This document shows positions 23,250-38,079 of a DNA stretch of 64,000 nucleotides, piece by piece. The notes under the pieces were generated by a model that searched no databases, was not told the DNA's origin, and saw only the letters and a program-made list of their open reading frames with translations. The DNA lies in contig CM060734.1 in NCBI GenBank assembly GCA_030704615.1, positions 28,334,001 through 28,398,000 on the forward strand. Reading direction: 5' to 3'. A program made the position numbers and the translations under genes. Source of the stretch: Takakia lepidozioides. Taxonomy: Eukaryota > Plantae > Bryophyta. Position 1 is the first letter of the stretch, and every line of letters begins with the position of its first letter.

Positions 23250-26200
23250 GAATTGAGGAAGTTGATGATAATGAAGATGACAGTGATGTGCCTGAAGATG
23301 ATGAGGCTTGGAGAGATGAGAAAGAACTGCACAAAGAAGTGGCAGATACCATAAGGGAAATGCAGAAGAGTACTGATATTCCTATGGCAGATTCCTCTGA
23401 TTCTGATGGAGAAGAAGAAGTGAGTGAGGATGAAAGGAAGAAAGAAGCTGCAGACATGCAGAGTAATGAAGGGACTTTGGCTGAAGTAATATGCCAGACC
23501 AAAGCAGAGATTACCATTGGATAGCTATTGGCTGTGGCACCTTATTGTAGACACGGGCTGTATCAAGCAATCAATCGAATTGCCCATGTGACAGGAAACA
23601 CAGACGTAAACAGCAAGGTGACCAGTTATAATGTGAAGCCGGAAGGGCGAGAAACAGTCATGGACTTTGATGACTCTATGCCAGTAATCCAATTGAGAAT
23701 TGGAAGCACAGAACTAACTGATGTACTGATAGATGGAGGCTCTAGAGTGAATATCATGATAGACCAATTAAGGCAATGGCTTGGTCTAAGTAACATGAAA
23801 CCAGCCCCATTTACAATAACAATGGCAGATCAAAGAAGTGTACAGCCATTGGGATTGATAAGAGGAGTTAAGATACAGATTCAAAAGATGATCTTTATGA
23901 TCACAGTAACTGTGTTAAAAATGGATGAAGTCATGGAAGCTTACTCCTTATTGTTGGGACGTCCGTGGCTGAAACAGGCCAGGGTATTCCATGACTAGAA
24001 TTCCCAGTTACTAACTGTGCATAATGGGATGCACAAGATACAAATTACCACTAAGAAATCTAGTAGATTACCTGCTACGAGAAGACCTCGAGGGGTCAGG
24101 GAGTATGACTGGAGGGGAGGACTGGATGAGGAGCAGGAAGCTACCCTGCACACCCAGAGTGAGAGCAGGTTGCAGAGATGCAGCTGGAAGGCCTAAGTTG
24201 TTTAAAAGGTATCTGCTGTGGTGTAGTGACAGCAACACCAATTGAAGGTGAAATAAGCAGTTACCCACCACATTTTTAAGAAAGAGAAGGAGAAATGGAA
24301 ATCCTAGAGGAACCAGCCACTGTGAGTTTACAGGATGAAGTGGTGACTAGTTGGACAATCACAGCTGATGAGCAGGTGAGAGAAGTGAATGTGGGAACTG
24401 AAGAGAAACCGAGGATGGTGAAGGTAGGGGCTGATTTGGAGCCAGAATTCTTTGAGGAAGCTAAGAATTTGTTCATCAAACACAGAGATGTATTTGCTTG
24501 GAGCTACGAGGATCTAAAAGGGATACCACCTGAGATCTGTTAGCATAAGATTGAACTGGAACCAGGGTCAGCACCAATCAAACAGACAAGGTACAAAATG
24601 AATCCCAACTATGCACAGAAGGTTGGAGAAGAGATCAAGAAGTTGGCTGAGGCTAAGTTTATATACCCGATAGAGTATACAACTTGGTTGTCACCCATTG
24701 TGATAGTTCCCAAGAAGAATGGTAAACTGAGAGTTTGTGTGAACTATAAGAAGTTGAATGCTTGTACGAAGAAATATCATTTCCCTTTGCCATTCACAGA
24801 AGCGGTATTGGACACTGTGGCAGGCCATGAGATGTACTAATTCATGGATGGCTTCAGTGGTTATAATCAAGTGCAAGTGGCAGAAGAAGATCAGGGAAAG
24901 ACAACTTTCATCACAGACTGGGGTGCCTATGCATACAAAGTCATGCCTTTTGGACTTTGTAATGCACCAGCAACCTTTCAGAGAGTGATAAGCGAATCTT
25001 TTCATGAGTATCTAGATGATTTCATGCAGGTGTTCTTGGATGATTTTAGTGTGTACAGCTCTAAGAATGAGCACTTGCATAAATTGGAGTTATGTTTGGC
25101 CAGATGCAGGATGAGAGGTCTGAGGCTGAATCCAGAGAAGTGTACTTTCTGTGTGAACTCAGGGGTGCTTTTGGGACACATTGTGTGTAAGAGGGGACTT
25201 TTGTGGATCCCAGAAAGACAGAGGCCATTAAAGCCTCACCACCACCAGTAAATGTTAAGAGTCTAAGGAGATTCCTTGGACAAACCAGTTATAACAGAAG
25301 ATTTGTCAGACGGTATGCACAGATAGCAGCACCATTGAGCAAGCTTCTGAAGAAAGATGCAGTGTTTGCATGGACAGTTGAATGTCAACAAGCTTTTGAG
25401 GAACTTACATTGTCAGTAACAACTACACCTGTGCTGATTAACCCTCACTGGCATGTAGTATTTCATGTTCACTATGATGCCTTAGGAGAAGCGTTGGGAG
25501 CGTTATTAGCCCAAAATGTTACAGGAAATATAGATTCACCGGTGTACTATGCTAATAGGTTTGATGAACAATGCTGAAATGGACTATAGCACAACTGAAA
25601 AAGAAGCGCTGGCAATGATTTATGCAGTCAAGAAATTCAGGCATTACCTATTGGGAAGAAAGTTTATGTTTATGTGGATCACCAGGCTCTGATATATCTG
25701 GTGAACAAACCTTTGATAAGTGGAAGGATAGCAAGGTGGTTAATAATCTTGCACGAGTTTGAGTTCGAAGTTGTTTACAAGCCTGGCCGTTTGCATCTTG
25801 TGGCAGATCATTTGTCACGCCTAACAACAGGAGAGCCCGCCACAAGAGTAGACGACCAATTGCCTGATGCGAGTTTATTTGCAATGGAGGTGCAAGGAAG
25901 TGCAGATGAATGGTTAGATTGGCAGTGGCCAATCAGATATTATCTTACTCATGGTCAGTGCCCACCTAGTTATGGTAAGGAGCAGAGTAAGAGAATCGCT
26001 ATCAAGGCTTTACCTTATACTATGGTAGGAGGCAGAATATATAAGCTAGGACCTGATGGAGTACCTAAACGATGCTTGTACCACCATGAAGTAAATAAAG
26101 TTTTGGAGGAAGTTCATAAAGGAGTGGCTGGAGGACATTTTGGAGAAGAGACTACCAGTAGGAAGATACTACTTGCAGGTTACTGGTGGCCTACTTTGTT

Positions 26201-27357
26201 CAAGGATGTACACAAGTATTGTCAGAGTTGTGATGAATGTCAGAGGCTAGGACCCTTGCAGAGATCTGGGAAGATGGCTTTGCATCCTACGATGCCTACT
26301 GAACCATTTCAGAAATGGGGACTAGACTTTGTCGGACCAATTAATCCACCAGCCAAGAATACACAGAACAAGTATATAATTACAGCCACTGATTATACTA
26401 CGAAGTGGGTGGAAGCTAAAGCTATGAGGGACAACACAGCTAAGTCCACAGCAAGGTTCATGTATGAGAACATACTTACACGATTTGGCTGTCCCTTGGA
26501 ATTTATCATTGACCAGGCAAGTCACTTCATTAATGAGACCATTGAACTATTGACTAAAGAGTTCATGATTGTGCATAGGAAGAGTACAACGTATTACCCA
26601 CAGGGTAATGGGCAGGCAAAGGCTACCAACAAAATACTATGTACTATCTTGGCTAAGATAGTCAATGCAAACAGAACGGATTGGGATACAAAGCTGCTGA
26701 CAGCTTTGTGGTCATACATGACTTCATATAAAGTCACCACTAAGTATACACCATTCAATTAGTTTATGGTATGGAACTTTACTTCCAGTGGAATTCTTGT
26801 TACCTACCATGATAACGGAATGGGGAAAGAGAATGGAATTGGAAGATTCAATTAAGGTCAGGAAACATGAATTATACCATGTGGAAGAAGTACGTGCTGA
26901 TGCAGCTGATAACATGACCAGAATTCAGATGAAGAGGAAGGAACAGTTTGACGAAGGCAAATTAAAGACTTTTAATACTGGGGATTTGGTTCTCTGGTTG
27001 CAGAAGAAGGGGAAGATTAAAGCTTCTAAGCTTAAATCACCATGGAAAGGACCTTATGTCATACATAAGATGTATGATAACAACACCGCCATGTTACAAA
27101 CCATTAACAAAGAGATGCTGGGAAGAGTCAATGCCAATAAGTTGAAGGGGTACAGTGGTATCCATGACAAACCATTGCAGCACGATTTGCATGTTGAAAC
27201 GCAAAAGCAGTCACGGGCTGCGCCAGTGATACCAACGGAGTATGGAGCACTTGTCGCTAAGCCGAGCGTATATGACCAGGGCGGGCAGTACAAGCGTGAC
27301 ACAGCCTATCACAGCCCATCACAGCGTGACACAGCCTATCACAGCCTACCACAGCCC
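23250..27357 (+). pseudogene. Second copy of the Gypsy pol (PR-RT-RH-INT), inverted, preceded by an LTR fragment (~23100-23245)
   Basis: ORFs 23288-27447 are near-identical to the reverse complement of 15600-19740. Confidence 0.95.
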
Positions 27358-29528
27358 TTGCTCCACTGTCTCAGCGTCCTACTTATGGAACTCATAAGCA
27401 TGGCTTGCTGTGGGTCTTCATGGAGAACTTGCTGCTGTTCTCCCTGATCCTCCACGGTTTGATGTTTCACAAACCAGTCAGGCCAGGATCCTACAAGATC
27501 TTCTCCCTGAGCAACCTGATCCTCCACAGGTGCTGCAGTGCCTTTGCACTCTACCCCTTGAACCTCCTCCACAGGTTTGGGCATGACTGGCACAACAGGA
27601 ATTTCTTTGGTCAGACCTTGTATCTTTGGTGCTATTGGTTCTCCGACCATGCCAGAGTTTTCATAGAGAAGGTCACCCTTCTCAATTTCTGCCACTACTT
27701 GCTCTGTAATGGGGATGTCAAACCCTTCTCCTTCCATAGCAATAGGCTCTGGTGTAATAGTATGTACTATCCGAGTTACCTTTGGGGCAACTGAGTCAAC
27801 TGGTTGTGATGGCTGTGGTACTGAGGTGACTTCTTCCTCCCTCTCCAAAGGTCGTGCTTCCAGCAATAACAGCCCTCTGTGCTGCTGTTCCCCATCTTGC
27901 ACAAGAGCTATGGAAACATCATCTGGTGGTTTCCTTGTAGCTAGTGGATCTGCCACTACCATCACATCCCGCTTCTGTCTCTTGGACCGGTGCTGCCCCT
28001 CCAATCCCCCTTCACCTTGTGAAGAACCCTGCTCCTCAATTGCAGTTGTGGCCGTCTCAAACACTCACATCTCCTTCGTTCTCGCGCATCAAACAAACAA
28101 GAGTCAAGGATAATTTGTGCAATTATTGAGCCAGAGACAATGATTGGGGACTTAGCAGTAGTATTTTGTAACCGCTTCATCTCCTCCACCAGACCATTGT
28201 ACATCAACTCTGCCCAAGCCACATCCTCTCCCCTCAAGGCTTTCAGTACTTCCTCCGTGAAAGACCTGCTAAGATACTGTTGGTTCTGTTTCATGGCAAA
28301 CAGAATGTTCAGTATTTGGCCTACTTCCCTTAACCCTGGGTACTCGGCCTTGGTGCAGGTGTATCCCTGGGTCTTAAAGAAACTTGTTTCTTGGAACAAA
28401 TCCCCTATCTGCAATCTTGCCCTATGCTCATCCACATTCACATGGCCCGATGGCAATTCAAACAGTTGCTGCAAGTACTGGGGAGTAATCTCTATATCTA
28501 CTCCCCTCACCTGAGTAACTCCTGTCCGAGGCTCAAAGTTCTAAATGAATTGAATAATGAACCCTCGATGATGCAAGGACCATTCTTTGCGTAGTAGCCC
28601 TTCCAACCACAACTCTTTCAGCAGCTACACCGCCTGTGGTGTGGCAATTGTCTGCTTCTGTAGAATCGTGGTGCTCTTCACCCTGATATCCTCCATTCCC
28701 CTAATTCTCTTCATCCCAGACAAACAAGAAGGCCTTGTTTGGAATAGTTGTAGGAAAGCTTGCAGGGCGTAAAGCATAAAAGTATGGTTGGCACAAAAAG
28801 GAACGGGTAAGTGAGTGTAAGCCTGTGGGGCTTGCAAATAGTGAGTGAGAGAGAATGTCCTTTCAACCCGTCCGTCCTTGCGCCACTACGTAAGAAGTAA
28901 AGCTAGTGTATAGTCTGTGATACCCGCCATAGCTACAAAGCTATAGCTTTGATTGCCCATCTCGTCGAGACGCTGGTTATTCGGAGCAACCCCGACTCTT
29001 CCGCTCATAACTTTTCTAATTTCTTGTTCTTGTTTCTTGGAGGGAACCACCTGCATGAAATTCACGTTTCTGATTGGCTGTTGCCTCCTCGGGTGTACGC
29101 GTAAAGGGTTTTGTTACCTGCTCCTTGAATGCATTAATGAGCCCGCAATTAGTTTCGGCTGCTGTACCGGGTAGGTACTTCGACGGCCCAATTTGTCTTT
29201 TTGCATGATGACAACCGCTATTGCAGTACATGCAATGTGGAGTGCTTTGCCCCTTAGGCCACGTGTTTGAATTCAAACACTCTCCCGTCTCCCTCTGTCT
29301 GCGTGGCTTTTTCTCCGAGTTTGATTCCCAAGCTGACCTTACACTTACCGGCCACTTTTCTGACATTAACCCGCATCCACCTGTCACTGACCCTATGGAC
29401 TCTGCAATCCGCGTAGGTTGTGTTGGGCTGTGACAGGTTGTGTCAAACTGTGATGAGTTGTGATAGGCTGTGTGACGCTATGATGGGCTGTGATAGGCTG
29501 TGTCACACTGTGGTGGGCTGTGATAGGC
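27358..29528 (-). mobile_element. Fragment of the same Gypsy family (post-pol region and start of the 3' ORF)
   Basis: Collinear with 13480-15680. Confidence 0.9.
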
Positions 29529-31530
29529 GGACGTGACTTCCGCGTGAGCGGGAGCGGGAGTGTGAGCATGAGAGCGTACGCTCACGCGGAGGTGATGTGG
29601 CGTGAGCGCAGGCTCACACCAGCTGATGTGGCGTGAGCATGGGTCGCGCTGACGTGGCGTGGGCCTGCTGACGTGTCAATATCCGGCTGACGTGGCAGTC
29701 ATCAGAATAACGTGGCATCTGGACAACTTGCCAGATGACATGTCATCAAAAACATGTAGCACCTATAGCCGAGGGGCCTATAGCCGTGGCATTCATTCAT
29801 GCAAAACACCAGAAATTAAAATGCAGGAACGACTTGTGAAAGCATTTGCATCCATTCCATTTATTTTCGAACGACTACACACAAGAAAGAAATGACACAC
29901 ATTGCACAACATAATTGGAGGCTGCATTGGCATCAAATATATGAAGGGACATCAAGTTCAAGTTTCAACTCTTGTGAAATCCAATAATGGAATTTGCAGA
30001 TGACCAAAGTGAAGAGGATGTTATGTGCTCATATCCCGCTGCATAAGTGTATTCACCTCGTTGAAACTCATGGTGGCCTGGTGAATGAAGATGTCGCGTC
30101 TGGGATCACATACCATTCTGTTCAAGAAGATAAAATACAGATGTTTGTAGGGTATAAATTTGCATGTCTTTCCCAAATTTGTTGTAAGCATGCCAACAAA
30201 ATCTGGACAGGTGCAGTTGGGGAAATTTGAAACTGTGATGTCGTACAACCGGTCGTGCATAGCGGATGTGGAGGTCATCACAGTGTAGACTCATCCATAC
30301 CCGGGATGTGGAACTTCCGTAGTGCCTGTAACACGACCTTCAAGCATTCGAGCGGATTCCACCTTGCCGAAATGCTCGGTAGTCAGAGGGAAACAACGAA
30401 CCAGCTTCCCATTTCGTTTTGTTGGCCATGCATCAGCATTTGGTGGTGGCACTCCAGAACTTGCTGAAGTAGAAGCACCTGCATGTACAGAGGGGGCTCG
30501 CTGAAGGGAGAAGCCTGCCTCCTCCAGCATGGCAATATCGTGAGATGTGTCCCCACCTTCACAGGCCAAACGCTTGGTGGAGGAGGCTTCATGACAACCG
30601 ATGGTCACACAATCCCACGCACGCACCTACCACAGTCGTCAGGGCAGAACCAGAATTTGTGGTTCTTCGCCTCGGCTTGCCCGTAAGGCGTGAACAAACC
30701 AGTGAAGGTCAGAGCCGGAGTGCGGACCTTGCCTCTGGATATGGAGGACTTGCATTTCTCACGATTGGTTGCTCTGATTGCCATGCACTTCACTCGAGAC
30801 CCAGCAGTGGTGCGTTCTATGTGCCAGACTTCGTCGGGGCACATGGACTCCACCATAGGGGGGAGCACGTTCGCCTCCTGCACTCACTATGGGAGATGGC
30901 TGCCTTTGGCTTTGTGACAAAGGATCGTCCGCACTGGATATGCCGGAAACGAACCTCTGATGAAATGGAACACGTGGCATGGAGAAGAAGTCTCGGTCCG
31001 GCCTGTGGGAGTCCGCAACCGACCCAGGAGGGGTGTTCAATTTCCGTTTACAAGACCCGAATCTCTCCTCACTCCAGATGCGGAACTCTGGACACCAGTG
31101 GAGTTCCTTCCACACACATGCTGATAGCCCTGGCAATCTTGTTTGGATCCCCTGATCTTCTTGCTGCTCGCAACATCAACTCGGACTTGTCTGGACCCTT
31201 GCCACCAACGCCACCCCGCAAGAACTCCCAATATCTTGTCTGTTGCAGTAGAGCTCGAATCAAATCATTTGCCGTCGCCACATACAAATCCCGGCCGCGC
31301 TTTCCAGATTGCTGCAACCATACATTGTGCACCGTCTCTGCCAGATTGCAAGAGGGCGTGTCCGCCATCTCCTCAATTGAGAAGTGCTGCAAAATGGAAA
31401 AACATATATCAAAAAGAGGACAGGCACACCCCACCACAACAGACATGATTGGAAATGGATACAAAGTCAATGAAATTTTCAAGTTTTCAAATGCACGCAC
31501 CGTTGTCATGCATGCTCCCCATTGTCTGTC
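29529..31530 (-). mobile_element. Truncated MULE (family B): terminus plus 3' half of the transposase
   Basis: Terminus GGACGTGACTTCCGCGTGAG followed by acgtggc repeats. SWIM finger CTCPDF...YKHLYF at 30021-30281. Catalytic-E motif CNLAETVH. Intron acceptor ttgcag at ~31388, the same position as in the other transposases. Confidence 0.85.
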
Positions 31531-33137
31531 AAAAGATGATCTTTATGATCACAATAACTATGTTGAAAATTGATGAAGTCATGGAAGCTTACTCCTTATT
31601 GTTGGGTCGACCGTGGCTGAAACACGCCAGGGTATTCCATGACTGGAATTCCCAGTTACTAACTGTGCATGATGGGATGCACAAGATACAAATCACCACT
31701 AAGAAATCTAGTAGACTACCTGCTACGAGAAGACCTCGAGGGGTCAGGGAGTATGATTGGAGGGGAGGACTTGATGAGGAGCAGGAAGCTACCCTGTTCG
31801 CTGCACACCCAGAGTGGGAGCAGGTTGCAGAGATGCAGCTGGAAGGCCTAAGTTGTTTAAAAGGTATCTGCTGTGGTGTAGTGACAGCAACACCAATTGA
31901 GGGTGAAACAAGCAGTTACCCACCACATTTCTATGAAGAAAGAGAGGGAGAAATGGAAATCCTAGAGGAACCAGCCACTGTGAGTTTACAGGATGAAGTG
32001 GTGACTGGTTGGACAATCACAGCTGATGAGCAGGTGAGAGAAGTGAATGTGGGAACTGAAGGGGTACTGAGGATGGTGAAGGTAGGGGCTGATTTGGAGC
32101 CAGAATTCTTTGAGGAAACTAAGAGTCTGTTCATCAAATATAGAGATGTATTTGCTTGGAGCTACGAGGATCTGAAAGGGATACCACCTGAGATCGATTA
32201 GCATAAGATTGAACTAGAACCAGGGTCAGTACCAATCAAACAGGCAAGGTACAGAATGAGTCCCAACTATGCACGGAAGGTTGGAGAAGAGATCAAGAAG
32301 TTGGCTGAGGCTAAGTTTATATACCCGATAGAGTATACAACTTGGTTGTCACCCATTGTGATAGTTCCCAAGAAGAATGGTAAACTGAGAGTTTGTGTGA
32401 ACTATAAGAAGTTGAATGCTTGTACGAAGAAAGATCCTTTCCCTTTGCCATTCACAGAAGCGGTATTGGACACTGTGGCAGGCCATGAGATGTACTCATT
32501 CATGGTAGCTTCAGTGGTTATAATCAAGTGCAAGTGGCAGAAGAAGACCAGGGAAAGACAGCTTTAATCACAGACTGGGGTGCTTATGCATACAAAGTCA
32601 TGCCTTTTGGACTTTGTAATGCACCAGCAACCTTTCAGAGAGTGATAAGCGAATCTTTTCATGAGTATCTGGATGATTTCATGCAGGTGTTCTTGGATGA
32701 TTTCAGTGTGTACAGCTCTATTAATGAGCACTTGCATAAATTGGAGTTATGTTTGGCCAAATGCAGGATGAGAGGTCTGGGCTTGAATCCAGAGAAGTGT
32801 ACTTTCTGTGTGAACTCAGGGGTGCTTTTGGGACACATTGTGTGTAAGAGGGGACTTCTTGTGGATCCCAGAAAGACAGAGGCCATTAAAGCCTCTCCAC
32901 CACTAGTAAATGTTAAGAGTCTGAGGAGATTCCTTGGACAAACCAGTTATTACAGAAGATTTGTCAGACGGTATGCACAGATAGCAGCACCATTGAGCAA
33001 GCTTCTGAAGAAAGATGCAGTGGTTGGACAGCTGAATGTCAACAGGCTTTTGAGGAACTTACATTGTCAGTAACAACTACACTTGTGTTGATTAACCCTC
33101 ACTGGCACGTAGTATTTCATGTTCACTGTGATGCCTC
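31531..33137 (+). pseudogene. Third Gypsy pol fragment (protease end, RT, RNase H start)
   Basis: Near-identical to 23883-25480. Confidence 0.95.
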
Positions 33138-36100
33138 ACTGGAGGTATTAGTTTGGCTTTGCTTCTCGTTACTATCATTGTACTTACTTCTGGTACAACA
33201 CATGGCCTAACCATGTGAGCTCCCACCACTGGGCCCTCATTCACAAGAGCTCTCATCTCATTCTGGTGTCTAATCCAGAATGAACAGGCTGCCTTGCGAT
33301 GTCCTGCCTGATTACAATAGTAACACAGTTCTTCACCATTGGGTCCTCGCCCTTGGTCTGCTCTTGGATTATTTCTGTAATCCTGATTCCCTGGCTGGTA
33401 ATTCCCCCTTGGATTACCCTGATAGTTGCCTCTAGAATTTCCTTGATAATTCCCTCTTGAGTTACCTCTCCCTTCCATGCCATTGTTATAACCACCAGGC
33501 CTACGATAGTGGTCCTGATCACTGTTTCTTCTTGGCTGGGGCTGCACTTGATGCACCCTTACTTGCCTAGGTTCTCTAGTTGTTGTCCTTCTGTTGTAGT
33601 AACAATTCTCAGTAGAATGGTTATCCATTTTACAGATAGTACAGTGTTTCTCTTTCATGTGGCATTCAGTGGTGGTATGGCCTTCATTCTGGCACTTTGC
33701 ACACCAAACACCCTTCCTCCAATGTGTTGCAGCCTCTGTGGCATACTTCTTCAAGATTTCTTCTAATCTTTTCTCATAGTTATCCCTCTTCAACTTCTCC
33801 TTCCTCTTACTCTTCCTTTTCAGCTCTTGCTCTTCTTCCTCATCTGACTCATCCTCAGAGTCCTCATCATCCCTTTTCTCTCTCCTTAGCATTCACAATT
33901 GCTCAATTCTGTTCGCTGTTTCAAATGCCTCCTCCACTGTATTATGGGGTAACATATCCACTTTCTTCTGCAACTCTGGTCTTAGTCCACTCAGAGTCTT
34001 CTGTAAACCTGGTGCTGGTACAGCAGCTCGCTTTTTCATCATCAATTCCATCTTTTCCATATACTCCTCAACAGTTTCATGCTTCTTTTGCTTTAACTGT
34101 TGTAAACTTCCATACACTTCATCCTCAGTTTTACTTGTCCTGAACCTATTTTGGAATGTTGTATTCAAGCCATTCCAGGTTAGGAAATGATTATCAGGGA
34201 ATCTTGCATATCATTCACTTGCTTTCTTGATAAGTGAACAAAGAAGCAATCTCATCTTGGCATCCTCGCCATTCTCACTGTTCACAATACACATGTGCTC
34301 AAATTGGCTAATGTGTACATCGGGATCCCCTTTTCCTGAATATATTGGAAAATGTGGTTTTGCCCGTGTTGGTTGTAACGCCATCTGTGGCCCTACCCTC
34401 TGCCCACTGACAGATGCTGGCCCCCTTGCTGGTGCTGGTCCTTGAGGACCTGTTGTAGTTGTGGTGGATCTTCCACCAAGTGGTGGCCCCTGAGCACTCC
34501 CTGCTACTGGCCCCACGATATTCACAGTATTCCCAGCTCCAGTTGCACTACTTCCCACACTCCCTGATCCAGGTCCAACGTGTTGGGATGTCCTGGTTGT
34601 AGTCTCAACCTCAGCTGTTGGGTCTACTTCTTCATACTCTTCCTCTTCCAATTTCTTCTCTCTGTTTTCATCTTCCAAGTTCTGCCCTTGGGTTTCTTCT
34701 TCACCCATGTAACTCAACTGTAATGGTGTTGGAGAGTCTGAACTCTCCGTTGGCTCTGCCACATCCTCTCCTCCTTCTTCACCTTCCGCTTAGAAACTGG
34801 AGTTCCTGCTTTTGGTGTTCCATGCCAACTCTTATCAAAGATTTCTGTCAAATCTTTTATCCAGGGATGTACCTCAGATCTTTCACCTCGTGATCGAACT
34901 TCTTCCCGTACCAATTCCCTTAATCTTTCTTGCAAAGAAAAAGAAGGAGTGGCATCCAACTCTAGTTCTTCTGGTATGGGTGATGTACTCCCTGATCTTA
35001 ATGGTGTGAGAGGTCCAGATGATTCCCCTATGTCTATTCCTCTCTCCCAAAGATATGGATAATTACTTTCAAATAACTTTCTTTTTTTGCTGAATATCTC
35101 TGGAGTCTAGCTTCTCTTTCATCACTCATGTCCCATGTCTTTCATTTCTTTTAATGTGGCAATAACCAAAACTCTCTTCTGTAATATCTCTCGTATATGC
35201 CTGGGTTTCTTTCAAGCTTCAATGCACCCTTGGCTATACTAGAAGTCTCCGTTACCATATAACCATATGGCAAACAAGTCTGGAAAGCTGTTCTTGGTGT
35301 GAGTTTGATCCACAGAATATCCTTTGGAATCCAATTCTTTACCAGTACAAGCTCTTCATGCATATGAGTATAAACATTCACCTTCCTTTCCTCCCAGCCT
35401 TCAAACTCTACTCGCTTAATGGATAGCAATGCTATCACATAAACCAGTGTTGGTAACCAACGTGCTCTTCCTCTACAGGCCACCTGATAAATCTTTATCA
35501 CTCCTTTCTCCAGACCCCACTCAGGGTCAACATCATGCACTCTTTTAAGAATGTTTTCTTTACAACCGTCTGGCAATTCCAAGAACCTCTGAAAAAATCG
35601 TTTGGACAATCTTTCCTTCTCAGTTTCACAGGGAATTTGATTCACATCAAATTCTTTAATTCTCCAACCACCATGATCCCACTAGATGCCTATTACATCT
35701 GGTTGTTCATGACCCAGTTCCCCAATATGGTCGCCAAATGTCGAACGGCTTTTACTCCCCCATCCCTTCGCTATCCGAGGTGGAAACTCCAAGATAAAAG
35801 AGTTGGATATCTCTAAGCACTCAGCCCGCTCAGTACAATCAGTCATGACCTACAGCTAGTGAATCATGGTTGTGCTTCCCATTTGTATTCCTTCTTGCCT
35901 TCATGTTATCAATTTACCTTATCTGATACTGAAGCATCAGATTGCTTCAGTATCTTCTTAGTTCCAGTTAATCATGCATTCATTTCACAGCTTCACTCAT
36001 GTCTCTCTACACAGTGTGCTTGTATCGAATAAGTATCAGATTACGATTTATCAGGTACTAGACCAATGTCAAAGTGACTCTAATCCGCCCTACAGTATCA

Positions 36101-36656
36101 CTACAGCTCTGCATGAAATAAACCTCCATCAAGTCATCATCTCTTCTTTTGTGTAATCGTCATCCCTGTGCTCCAAGATCGTGCCCTCCGTCTGACCTTT
36201 CCCCTGATGTCTAAGAAGTGATCCAAGAAGTGATCCCCCAGAAGTCCCCACTCTTCGCTTTATCTTCCTACAAGCTGTTCTAACTGCCTTGCTAACTAAC
36301 CGTCACCCCTGAAGTAACAGATTCCCTCTGCAGATGTCGTTCCCTGTCCATGTTAACCGTTCCCCCTGTACTGTGACAACTGTGCAAAACTGCGTTGGGC
36401 TGTGTGAAGCTGTGACGGGCTATGACTGGCTGTGTCAGGTTGTGTCGGGCTGTGACTGGCTGTGTCGGCTGTGTCGGGCTGTATCGGGCTGTGTTGGCTG
36501 TGGCTGCTGTGACTGGCTGTGTCGGGTTGTGTAACCCCCCCCCCTAAAGCCTGCTGCTGTCACCCCTAAGGCTCCTGTTGGTCTCAGTATGTGTAAAAAT
36601 TAAGGGTACCCCATAGAACCTGTAAAAGCGTTAAAGTCCCAAGCAGCCCTCTAACA
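33138..36656 (-). mobile_element. 5' part of a Gypsy copy: LTR (35739-36656), PBS (35719-35738), extra 5' ORF (35151-35645) and undeleted gag with three CCHC knuckles
   Basis: LTR is homologous to 21058-21918. Gag motifs YSGKGDPDVHI and QKKHETVEEY. Knuckles CAKCQNEGHTTTEC, CTICKMDNHSTENC and CYYCNQAGHRKAAC. Confidence 0.92.
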
Positions 36657-37480
36657 GATGTCCTCCCCCATGTCACTGACTGGAAACAAGTTCAGGGAAG
36701 TTTTCTGCCTAACTTCATTTTCATCAAACAATCTCATGGCATTAGACATGGCTTTGGACACTACAACCTCTAAGTCAGATTTATCAACTCATATTGCAGA
36801 TCCGTACTCCAAGGCAGGTCTAATAATGCGACAAAGCATGGTTTTCTTAACCTCAAAGTTGACCCCTCTGCAGAAAAAGTTACAAAGAGAGAGGGAAGAT
36901 ATTCATTCCTCCGGAGACATTTCTGCTGGTGGCGGTAGGGGCTGAGCAGCTGGAGCATCCCCAACTGGAGCATCCCCAACATCATCAGGCTGGAAATCAA
37001 GCAGGAACTGGGCTTCAGCTCGTGGAATCGGTTTTGCGGGAGACTGCTCCGCCCTCCCCCTGATTGCCTTCTGCTTCCTCATTCTTGCAGGTGAAGGTGT
37101 CTGCTGCAATTGAATATGCTTCATTGGCCTGGGTGGGGGGGAAATGGCCTGGTCCGGTTCAGAAACAAGTTGAAGGACGGGCTGCTTCTTCTTCGTCTTT
37201 GCTGGAGAAGGGCTAGACCCCTGCTGGCGATTCTCCATGACCTTCGAACGCGAGTCGCTCTCTGGGGCTTTGAACTGCAAAGACTTGCCCTTCAAAGTCA
37301 CGTCCTTGAAACGCACAGGGCTAGGCCCGGCAGGAAGACCCGTGCTCGTGGATCGGCTGGGTGTGCGTGTTGCAGCTAGCTCCACGGACTCTGCCTGCGG
37401 CTCTTCGGATTCCTGCGATCCCTCCAGCACGTCCACCTTTCCGGTTAGGCATGCAAACATCTTCTGCATTCAAGTCTCCT
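36657..37480 (-). pseudogene. Probable LINE remnant: post-RT region (36657-36895) joined to a low-complexity ORF1-like piece
   Basis: Minus strand reads KKTMLCRIIRPALEYGSAI*, like the LINE ORF2 'IRPxLEYxxxxW' motif. The ORF1 assignment of 36903-37469 is weak. Confidence 0.5.
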
Positions 37481-38079
37481 AGCATACAGTCTAAGAATTG
37501 CAGAAGAAAAATGAGGCGGGTTTCGGTGCTTGATCAGTTGGCGAATCCCGATAGCACGGAGCTCTCACTGGTGGCTGGGTTGCCTGCGTGGCCTAATGCT
37601 GCGAGATGACAATCTACTCCTGTAGACGCATCTGCTTCCTCCCCTTTGGCATTGGCCTACGTCCGAAGTACAATTTGCGGAGCTTGCGACGATGTCTCTT
37701 CTCTGGTGCACGCACTCCCTCCCTCTTAGGTTCGAGCATAAGAAGAACAGAGACAGGGAAAAGGGGCAAAGAGTGCAGATGGAAAGGGCGCGAGAGGGGT
37801 GACTGAGGAGACACGACAAAAGAAGATGAAACGGCGGTGATGCACCACTTGGGTTCGAAAGGGTTGGACGAAAGTATCTCCTCGTGGACTTTGCGGCATT
37901 ACGAAATTTGAATCATTCAGGGTACGCCTGCCGTCCGAAAAACAAACATCATTATCCAACGGTCAGGCTACGCCACCTCATGCCACTTCAGTCAGATAGA
38001 GTGCAGACATGTGTCGCAATTCCGTTGCTCCACGTGTTCACATTTCATGGCATTTCCGTCCCAGCATCTGATGAGTTGG

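Noticed and set aside
30545-31573. 342-aa plus-strand ORF
   Set aside because: Antisense shadow of the family-B transposase.
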